This document shows, one piece after another, positions 8,882-16,116 of a stretch of DNA of 35,617 nt; position 1 is the stretch's first letter, and every line of letters begins with the position of its first letter. The DNA is from an uncultured virus (IMG/VR IMGVR_UViG_3300034012_002207). Its lineage: Duplodnaviria > Heunggongvirae > Uroviricota > Caudoviricetes. The notes below the pieces were generated by a model that was not told the DNA's origin, did no database searches, and was given only the letters and a program-made list of their open reading frames with translations. Where the stretch lies: the IMG/VR virus record IMGVR_UViG_3300034012_002207. One strand, 5' to 3'. A program made the translations under genes and the position numbers.

Positions 8882-10843
8882 ATGACAAGCACACGAGCAC
8901 AAGTAATTACACGCAGAACTTATAACAGACCCATCAGTGATGATGGCAAACAATTTGAAACTTGGCAAGATACTGTTAGCCGAGTAATCTCACATCAGGC
9001 ATGGTTGTGGGAACGTGCTGCCGGTAGGCAGCTGCTTCCCAATGAGTACGCAGAACTAAATCGCCTAGAACAACTTATGCTTGAGCGTAAAGTTTCTATG
9101 AGCGGTCGTACCTTATGGCTAGGCGGCACACAAGTAGCTAAAAATCGTGAAGCATCACAGTTTAATTGTAGCTTTACAGAGGTTGAAACTGTATATGACG
9201 TAGTAGATGTACTATGGCTACTTTTACAAGGTTGCGGCGTAGGATTTAAGCCTATTATAGGCACACTAAATGGATTCTCAAAACCTATTCAAAATATCGA
9301 AGTGGTACGATCACAGCGTACTGAAAAAGGTGGCTGTGAACATAATGTAGAAACTTGGGACCCGCAAACAAAAACTTGGCGTATTCAGGTTGGCGATAGT
9401 GCAGAAGCATGGGCTAAAAGCATTGGTAAACTAATGGCAGGAAAATATCCTGCTGATACTCTTGTTCTAGACTTCAGTCAACTGCGTCCTGCTGGTGAAA
9501 GGTTAAAAGGCTATGGATGGATTAGTTCGGGTGACTCGGCTATCAGTACTGCTTATGTTGCTATCGCCCGTATCCTTAATGGACGGGCAGATTCACTACT
9601 CACCAGAATGGATATCATGGATATTGTTAATTGGCTTGGTACCATTCTGTCTAGTCGCCGAAGTGCTGAGATTGCGCTTTTCGACTACGGCCAACCGGAG
9701 TGGCAAGAATTTGCAGTAGCTAAAAAAGACTGGTGGTTGCATGGCAATGCACATCGTCAGCAAAGTAACAATAGTCTAGTGTTTAATGAAAAGCCTACCT
9801 ACGAGCAACTAAGCGAAATCTTTGCAATTATGCAAGAAGCTGGCGGAAGTGAGCCAGGGTTTATTAATGCACAAGAAGCACGTCGTCGTGCACCTTGGTA
9901 TAAGGGAGCAAATCCTTGTGTTGAGATTCTACTCGGAAACAAATCATTCTGTAATCTTACAGAAACAGATATTGGAAAGTTTAAGGGAAATACCGCAGGA
10001 CTTCACGAAGCTATACGGCTTGCCGCCCGAGCTAATTACCGTCAAACCTGTGTTAACCTCAAAGACGGTATCCTTCAAGAAGCATGGCATCTCAACAATT
10101 ACTTCTTGCGACTGTGTGGTGTAGGCCTAACTGGTATTGCTAAGCGTCCAGACATGACTGGTTACGATTATGAATACCTAAAACGTACAGCTACTAGTGC
10201 AGCAATTGGTATGGCTGATGAGCTAGGCTTACCACGTCCCAAGAATATTACTTGTGTTAAGCCTAGTGGCACGTTATCGAAAATTATGGATACCACTGAG
10301 GGAGTTCATAAGCCTCTAGGCAAGTACATTTTCAACAATGTACAGTTTAGCAAGTACGATCCAGTTGTAGATAAATTGCGTGAAGCAAACTACCGAGTAT
10401 TTAATCATCCCACAGACGATACCGGTGTTCTAGTAACCTTTCCAGTAGAGTGGTCGGATGTTCCATTCCACAAACAAGATGGCAAAGAAGTTAACCTAGA
10501 AACTGCTATTGACCAACTTGAACGATATAAACTAATTCAAACTTCGTGGACTCAGCAAAATACCTCAGTAACTATTAGCTACGAGCCGCATGAAGTTCCA
10601 CAAATTGTAGATTGGTTAATGAATAATTGGGACTGCTATGTTGGAGTTTCATTTATTTATAGAAGTGATCCTACAAAAACAGCCAAAGATCTTGGCTACC
10701 TATACCTACCACAAGAAGTTGTCGACGAATATACGTTTCGCACATATGTTCAAGACCTAAAAGCCGTCAATATAGATAGTGCCAATAGTTTTGACGCAAT
10801 CTTAGATGACGAATGTTTAACCGGCGCATGCCCAGTAAAGTAA
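8882..10843 (+). CDS. nrdJ: class II adenosylcobalamin-dependent ribonucleotide reductase (monomeric RTPR type)
   Basis: GRTLW, FNCSF, GCGVGF, RRSAEI, NPCVEI, CNLTE, KPSGTLS and C-terminal CLTGACP. No beta-subunit gene is adjacent. GAGGAG RBS. Confidence 0.92.
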   Translation: MTSTRAQVITRRTYNRPISDDGKQFETWQDTVSRVISHQAWLWERAAGRQLLPNEYAELNRLEQLMLERKVSMSGRTLWLGGTQVAKNREASQFNCSFTEVETVYDVVDVLWLLLQGCGVGFKPIIGTLNGFSKPIQNIEVVRSQRTEKGGCEHNVETWDPQTKTWRIQVGDSAEAWAKSIGKLMAGKYPADTLVLDFSQLRPAGERLKGYGWISSGDSAISTAYVAIARILNGRADSLLTRMDIMDIVNWLGTILSSRRSAEIALFDYGQPEWQEFAVAKKDWWLHGNAHRQQSNNSLVFNEKPTYEQLSEIFAIMQEAGGSEPGFINAQEARRRAPWYKGANPCVEILLGNKSFCNLTETDIGKFKGNTAGLHEAIRLAARANYRQTCVNLKDGILQEAWHLNNYFLRLCGVGLTGIAKRPDMTGYDYEYLKRTATSAAIGMADELGLPRPKNITCVKPSGTLSKIMDTTEGVHKPLGKYIFNNVQFSKYDPVVDKLREANYRVFNHPTDDTGVLVTFPVEWSDVPFHKQDGKEVNLETAIDQLERYKLIQTSWTQQNTSVTISYEPHEVPQIVDWLMNNWDCYVGVSFIYRSDPTKTAKDLGYLYLPQEVVDEYTFRTYVQDLKAVNIDSANSFDAILDDECLTGACPVK

Positions 10844-10852
10844 TATTTAAAT

Positions 10853-11029
10853 ATGAATAATGATCCTATCTTAACACTTACACTTAGCGTAAACGAAATT
10901 AATGCACTCTTAGCAGGCTTACAAGAATTGCCTGCTAAAGTTTGCAATCCTCTAAGTCAAAAGATCCAAAAAGAAGCACAAGAACAACTACAAGCACTTC
11001 AGCCTCCACCTGAAACGCCTGCTAGTTAA
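10853..11029 (+). CDS. small conserved-looking phage protein, 58 aa (not in the ORF track)
   Basis: Manual translation gives MNNDPILTLTLSVNEINALLAGLQELPAKVCNPLSQKIQKEAQEQLQALQPPPETPAS. It fills the gap between nrdJ and the terminator. Confidence 0.75.
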   Translation: MNNDPILTLTLSVNEINALLAGLQELPAKVCNPLSQKIQKEAQEQLQALQPPPETPAS

Positions 11030-11070
11030 ACAAAAAGCCCCGTTACTGTAAAGTAACGGGGCTTTTTGTT
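11029..11070. terminator. bidirectional intrinsic terminator between the convergent arms
   Basis: Perfect 19-bp inverted repeat AACAAAAAGCCCCGTTACT / AGTAACGGGGCTTTTTGTT with a GTAA loop and T tracts on both strands. Confidence 0.93.
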
Positions 11071-11719
11071 ATCTGGGTGAATCGTCAGTGTCTTGGTCAC
11101 TATCCTCATCATCCATATCATCCGAACTATCTTCATCACTATCGTATAAGGTACTAACTATTTCTACTAGTATGTCGCGATAAGGTTGGTCTACGTCTGG
11201 TAAGTCTTGTAAGTATACATCAACATGACCATTACGTAGTAGTTCTGCGTGGTACATAAACTGACCAAAGGCTTCTACTTCTTCTGAGATACTTTCGTTA
11301 GCATAGTCTTCAATTGCTTCGGCTACAATGTCTAGATATTCCTGCTTTACATATGCTTTTACTGTTAGGCTTAGTAATTTAAGAGCTTTGCCTTCGCGTT
11401 CACGCATAATTTGATTGCGTTTAGCCTTGCTCCACGAATAACCACCATCGCCTCCCCAGAGATCCCAAGCTACTCTACCCTTACTAGGAAAACCTTCTTC
11501 GCCGCTACGAAAACCTGTAGCCCTTTTGTCTACTTCATGACGAGAAAAAAAGCTGTACATTCGTAGGACAGTTGAAGCGCTTAGTGGATCACGATCCTTT
11601 AATTGATTAGCTCTGGCTAAACCTACTAGGGTACCACCAGGCTTACCTTCGTCTTTCCACTTTAGGGCACGACGAGCTGCCGATGCCATGCCACTAGTGG
11701 GTTTGTAAGTTTTTGCCAT
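11069..11719 (-). CDS. conserved phage hypothetical protein (basic N-domain, acidic C-tail)
   Basis: GGT.VG.ARA.QL..RM.SFFSRHE.DK..PS.G..AW.LWGGD.G..W pattern, recognised as recurrent in phages. D/E-rich C-terminus. Confidence 0.8.
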   Translation of the reverse strand: MAKTYKPTSGMASAARRALKWKDEGKPGGTLVGLARANQLKDRDPLSASTVLRMYSFFSRHEVDKRATGFRSGEEGFPSKGRVAWDLWGGDGGYSWSKAKRNQIMREREGKALKLLSLTVKAYVKQEYLDIVAEAIEDYANESISEEVEAFGQFMYHAELLRNGHVDVYLQDLPDVDQPYRDILVEIVSTLYDSDEDSSDDMDDEDSDQDTDDSPR

Positions 11720-11720
11720 T

Positions 11721-12410
11721 TTAATCCTTATATGCTAAAATTATTTGTTTACACATTTTGCTACGAACTATATCTTGATCTAAAAATCTAATTACTTCAA
11801 TACCTTCAATACCTTCTAGCCGTTTTATAGCGTCCTCTAGTCCTGAATTATTTAAGTCTCGCTGATCTGGGTCACCGCTTAAAATTACTTTACAATTTTT
11901 ACCTATGCGTGATAAGAGCATTTTTAGTTCAGTTTTAGTTAAGTTTTGCGCTTCATCGACTAAAACTATTGCATTATCAAATGTTGCTCCACGCATAAAT
12001 CCTATAGGCCGGGGTTCTATATCTTTATTTTTAAGTGCATATTCATAGAATCCTTTACCTAAAGATCGTTGAAACACGTTGTCAAATGGTTCTAAGTATG
12101 GGGCATACTTTTCCTCTAATTCACCTGGTAAAAATCCTAAGCCGCGGCCAGTTTCTACATTTGGACGGGTTAGTATAATTTTATTTATGCGTCTATGAAA
12201 AAGCTCTCCTGCAGCATAGCTAGCAGCTACAAATGTTTTACCTGTACCTGCACTGCCTACTCCAAAAACTACCTCATTTTGTTTTATAGCATTTAAGTAT
12301 TGTTCTTGTATAAAATTAAGAGGTTTTACATCTCTAAATCCATACTCAATTGGGTTTGATTGAGTATTGGTTTGTTGTTTACGAGCTTTTTTACCTGATC
12401 TAGTTGCCAT
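11721..12410 (-). CDS. phoH: PhoH-family ATPase
   Basis: GSAGTGKT, LTRP, LGFLPG, FMRGATF, DEAQN and GDPDQRD motifs. Confidence 0.95.
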   Translation of the reverse strand: MATRSGKKARKQQTNTQSNPIEYGFRDVKPLNFIQEQYLNAIKQNEVVFGVGSAGTGKTFVAASYAAGELFHRRINKIILTRPNVETGRGLGFLPGELEEKYAPYLEPFDNVFQRSLGKGFYEYALKNKDIEPRPIGFMRGATFDNAIVLVDEAQNLTKTELKMLLSRIGKNCKVILSGDPDQRDLNNSGLEDAIKRLEGIEGIEVIRFLDQDIVRSKMCKQIILAYKD

Positions 12411-12450
12411 TGATTCGACCCTGTTAAGAAGTTAAGGTTAAACACTTAGA

Positions 12451-12648
12451 TTACTTTTTTGTGTCTGGTTTTACCTCACTAGGCTTTTGAGCCCCTTCTA
12501 GTTTCTTATGGATCTTTATAGTTTTACAAACTTCTTGCTCTTTACCTTTGCTATCCTTTTGGATCTCACAGACCCGTTTTGTTTCGGGTTCAGCTGCCAC
12601 ATAGCCTGTAGCAAACAACGAAATTAATACCGCTAAAATATATTTCAT
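12451..12648 (-). CDS. small secreted protein with 2 Cys
   Basis: Sec-type signal peptide ending in VAA, followed by a C-x13-C hairpin and a basic tail. Confidence 0.7.
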   Translation of the reverse strand: MKYILAVLISLFATGYVAAEPETKRVCEIQKDSKGKEQEVCKTIKIHKKLEGAQKPSEVKPDTKK

Positions 12649-12650
12649 GA

Positions 12651-12869
12651 TTAGTCCTTTTTGTGTGGGCTAAACTTTTCAGTAACAATTACACCTAAAC
12701 CTACTAATACTATGTACATCATACTATCGTATAGTGTTCCGTCTACCTTATACCCAAAAAATAAATTAGCTACAAAACCTAGGCTACATAGCATAAAAGC
12801 TAAAAATGTTATTACACGTTTGCTGCTTAGGCTGCCATCTACTCCATCTTGTAGTAGTGATTTAAGCAT
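12651..12869 (-). CDS. 2-TM membrane protein, holin candidate
   Basis: SSKR followed by two hydrophobic helices and a charged C-terminus; lies near the endolysin. Confidence 0.65.
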   Translation of the reverse strand: MLKSLLQDGVDGSLSSKRVITFLAFMLCSLGFVANLFFGYKVDGTLYDSMMYIVLVGLGVIVTEKFSPHKKD

Positions 12870-13313
12870 TTAAATCTCCGGGTGTGGTGCTTGTGGAGGC
12901 TTAGGTTTTCCGCCGTATCCCGCTTCTGGCTGACCACTAGCAAACAGTACTGGCTCTTGTCTGACGTGCTGCGGTTTAGGTTCTGGTGTACGTATAGCCT
13001 CAATAGTAGCTTTAAATCCATCTTGTTGTTGTTTTTGTGCTTGAAGCATTACTTCTTGATCTTCTTTTTTAGCTCCTGCAAGCATAATACCACTAAGTGT
13101 ACCAGTTAAAAATGTTGCTATAGGTACAATAAGTTCAAAGAACTTTTGATCAATTGGACTCATAGCATTAAGTGGCTGTGTAACAAATATTATACTGTAT
13201 AAAACTACAAATACAATGCCTGTTAGTGTAAGTGCTAGACAAACTCCTATAAAGAATTTAAGTCTAGCCATTAGTTGTTCTTCGGTATAAATTAAAGTCT
13301 CCTTATTTTGCAC
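12870..13313 (-). CDS. 2-TM membrane protein
   Basis: Two hydrophobic segments and a Q/P-rich tail; GGAGG RBS. Confidence 0.75.
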   Translation of the reverse strand: MQNKETLIYTEEQLMARLKFFIGVCLALTLTGIVFVVLYSIIFVTQPLNAMSPIDQKFFELIVPIATFLTGTLSGIMLAGAKKEDQEVMLQAQKQQQDGFKATIEAIRTPEPKPQHVRQEPVLFASGQPEAGYGGKPKPPQAPHPEI

Positions 13314-13593
13314 CTTTAGCTCCTCCTTTATCTGGTTGACACTGTTGACAAGTTTGAGTCATTGGTTCTTGCCGGGTCTCTGGCGGCCCTAGTCTAGGAT
13401 CTCGCTGCCCTTTAAATATATGCTCTGGACAAGTACGAGTAACATCGCATAGTGGTTTCTGACACTGCTTAGTTTCCCAGTTTTGAGGATCTTGACAAGG
13501 ATATCTAAACCTATCGCTACCAAAAGCAGCTAGTGCAACAGGTAGTGCAAGTAAAATTAACAAGAATAGAAATAGTTTTTTATCACTAATCAC
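13303..13593 (-). CDS. exported/membrane-anchored Cys-rich protein
   Basis: N-terminal hydrophobic segment, then RYPCQDP.NW..CQKP.C...RTCP. Confidence 0.72.
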   Translation of the reverse strand: MISDKKLFLFLLILLALPVALAAFGSDRFRYPCQDPQNWETKQCQKPLCDVTRTCPEHIFKGQRDPRLGPPETRQEPMTQTCQQCQPDKGGAKGAK

Positions 13594-13595
13594 CG

Positions 13596-14219
13596 TTAGC
13601 CTCCTAGTATGTGTAAGGCGTGCTCGTAGTGTTTTTTACGATCTTCTATGCCTATTGTACCACCATTAATTCGTTTTGTCAAGGTTAAAATATCCCCTTG
13701 GTCTGCCCAACGATTTAAGCTATTAGTTTCCCAAAACCAGCACGCACTTTGAGCAGCTCCTTCAAAGGTTTCTAGGTAATCTGCTGCTTCTTCTGGTTTG
13801 ATTTCTATGCTGTGAGCAAACCAAGTATAATTATCTTTACCAGTTAGCTGAATAAGTCCTCGGCCACGGTATCGCCATCCATCACCTGAAGCCTCATCGC
13901 CATTACCCATACGATTAGCATATACACGGTTAGCTATTGCCTCTTGCTTATTGGGTTTACCAGCATACTGTTGTGCTAGTTCATCCGTAGGAAAGTATTT
14001 AGAAAATACTTTGCGTAAGCTTTGCCAACGATAGTTAAGATTTTCTTGTAAGACTGTAAACTCAGCCGACTCATGTGCACACTGTGCAATCCAAGCTGCT
14101 TGACGTAGTGGAGTGTTAATTTCGTAATCTGGAAATAGCTGATTAATAACTTGTAACCAATAGCTTGTATATTTATTTCGTGGTATTAATTTTTGTAATT
14201 GTTCTAAGGTTAAGGTCAT
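13596..14219 (-). CDS. endolysin, glycoside hydrolase family 19
   Basis: AQCAHES, ENLNY, YANRMGNG, GWRYRGRGLIQLTGKDNY and TKRINGG motifs. Confidence 0.93.
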   Translation of the reverse strand: MTLTLEQLQKLIPRNKYTSYWLQVINQLFPDYEINTPLRQAAWIAQCAHESAEFTVLQENLNYRWQSLRKVFSKYFPTDELAQQYAGKPNKQEAIANRVYANRMGNGDEASGDGWRYRGRGLIQLTGKDNYTWFAHSIEIKPEEAADYLETFEGAAQSACWFWETNSLNRWADQGDILTLTKRINGGTIGIEDRKKHYEHALHILGG

Positions 14220-14479
14220 TTTATGTCCTCAAATAATTTACGTTGAGTTTTGTACCACTCCTGCCACATACTAGATTTTAAGCTACAATCATGGTAAAGG
14301 TGATAATTTTCTGTAACCGTTTTAGCTACATCACTAAGTTTAGCATTTTGTTCTAGTGGTTTTAAAGATCTGCAAGGCTCTAGTAATACCTGTGGTGCTT
14401 CTGGAAATTTGGGTTTTAGTGGAACAGGAGTGCTACAGCCTACTAACGCTAGTGATAATACTATTACTATCGATTTCAT
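14216..14479 (-). CDS. o-spanin (Rz1-like lipoprotein)
   Basis: LALVGC lipobox, Pro-rich segment and two more Cys; 4-bp overlaps with the i-spanin and endolysin genes. Confidence 0.82.
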   Translation of the reverse strand: MKSIVIVLSLALVGCSTPVPLKPKFPEAPQVLLEPCRSLKPLEQNAKLSDVAKTVTENYHLYHDCSLKSSMWQEWYKTQRKLFEDIK

Positions 14480-14910
14480 TGTATTTTTTCCGCCGCACGA
14501 TTATGTGCGTCTACAAATGGTTGTGGAATTTCACACCGAGTATCATACTTAACTACTTCTCGGTCAACATACTGTACTATATTTTGACCGCGTTCGCGTA
14601 CTATTTTCTGTTGCACAACTACTTTTTCTACTATCTTAATATTTTCTTTTGCCCCTTCAGCCTCAGCTTGTGCTAGTTTAACTTCTAGTTCTTTTATCCT
14701 AGCCTGCCAAGCACGTTCATTAGCTATAGAGCCCAGCATATAAACTCCGATAACTACAAGTATAATAGACCCAATTTGTAGTGGAGTTTTGTACACATGA
14801 ATTATGGGTAGTGGAATAAACTTAAGTAAATAAGTTACCACTAGTCCAAATAATCCTAAGGCTAGTACCATATAAAATAGCCACCAAGGTAGCCATTGAA
14901 GAATCCACAT
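14476..14910 (-). CDS. i-spanin (Rz-like)
   Basis: N-terminal TM helices, a coiled coil and C-terminal C.IP..FV.AHN.AA. Start at MWILQW chosen because of the GGAG RBS. Confidence 0.78.
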   Translation of the reverse strand: MWILQWLPWWLFYMVLALGLFGLVVTYLLKFIPLPIIHVYKTPLQIGSIILVVIGVYMLGSIANERAWQARIKELEVKLAQAEAEGAKENIKIVEKVVVQQKIVRERGQNIVQYVDREVVKYDTRCEIPQPFVDAHNRAAEKIQ

Positions 14911-14918
14911 TGCGTCTC

Positions 14919-15437
14919 CTACCATCGGCCTGCTTCGCGGCCAATATCAAATAACCATACAAAAAATTTAATTGCAATAGTAAGTGTTATAACTAGTAAG
15001 GTTCCCCAGAATAGGTTTTCAATAAACCGTTTTCTACGGCGAGCTTGATCACGAATCATACGCTCACGGCGCTCACGAATTTCACGACGTAGCTGATTAA
15101 ACTGACTATAGCCCTCTGCTCCTAGGTGTTGAAGTTCACCATAATAAAACATATGATATATTTCAGCTTCCATTTCTCGCAATTTTTGCTGTGCTATAAT
15201 TATATCAAAGGCTTCTGCTGTTGCGGTTTTACCAAATCCTATTTTTTCAAACAAGCCAGGTTTTTGCTCACCCGTATCCGTTTTATTATCATTGATTAGT
15301 TGTTGAAGTTGCCCTGCAGCATCCGCCCACTTACTTAATTGACGGTATACTCCCTCGACTTCTTGACCTACTTTTACAGCAGCTTTTAGGCCATTAAATG
15401 CAGCTGTTACCGTACCCATTAGCGTTAGCGGATCCAT
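14919..15437 (-). CDS. conserved hypothetical membrane protein
   Basis: MDPLT start with AAGGGGAG RBS, amphipathic N-terminus, Arg-rich stretch and C-terminal TM helix. Confidence 0.8.
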   Translation of the reverse strand: MDPLTLMGTVTAAFNGLKAAVKVGQEVEGVYRQLSKWADAAGQLQQLINDNKTDTGEQKPGLFEKIGFGKTATAEAFDIIIAQQKLREMEAEIYHMFYYGELQHLGAEGYSQFNQLRREIRERRERMIRDQARRRKRFIENLFWGTLLVITLTIAIKFFVWLFDIGREAGRW

Positions 15438-15447
15438 ACTACTCCCC

Positions 15448-16116
15448 TTAATTAGCAAGAGGATTATCTAGTGCCTTTTTAATCTTGTCATCTACCTCAC
15501 GCCGAATAGCTCGTAGTTCACCGTTAGTATCACGTTCAATTCTGTTTACACGTTCATTTACGGTTTGTACAGTTGCATCAACTTGTTTTTGCATTTCACG
15601 AACACTGGTATCAGCACTACGACGTATTTCTTTTATTTCTGTATCTACTTGTCGTCGTATTTCTTTAACATCGTCATCAACTTGTCTACGAATACTAGCC
15701 ACTTCTTTTTCGGTTTCACGCTGAGCAACTTTAGATCCCCGCTCTACACCTTCTAAGACAGTTTCTGTGCGACGAATATCGCCTTTTAGATTTTGATTAA
15801 TATCACGAGTATAGCCTACTACTTTTTCACTATTTTCTTCTAGTTTAATTATGCGAGCCTCATATTCACTAAAGTCGGGTGCAACATAGCTTGCAATCTT
15901 TTTCTTCATATTTTCGTAGTCTTTGTAGGCTTCAAAAACTCCATACATGCCGCCGACTACACTACTTATAATACCGGCCGCAATCATTAGCTTTGCAGGT
16001 GTAAAACTGTACCCGCCTATACTAATCACAGTATCTTTACTAGCGTACTTTTTTAGGGCAGCTTCTGCAGCTTCTACCTTTTTGTTAATGTCAACATTAC
16101 TTTCTGTATTGCTCAT
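15448..16116 (-). CDS. single-TM coiled-coil protein with 11-aa repeats
   Basis: TM helix at about aa 43-62, hendecad repeats (EIRRQVD) and an ALDNPLAN end. Confidence 0.8.
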   Translation of the reverse strand: MSNTESNVDINKKVEAAEAALKKYASKDTVISIGGYSFTPAKLMIAAGIISSVVGGMYGVFEAYKDYENMKKKIASYVAPDFSEYEARIIKLEENSEKVVGYTRDINQNLKGDIRRTETVLEGVERGSKVAQRETEKEVASIRRQVDDDVKEIRRQVDTEIKEIRRSADTSVREMQKQVDATVQTVNERVNRIERDTNGELRAIRREVDDKIKKALDNPLAN

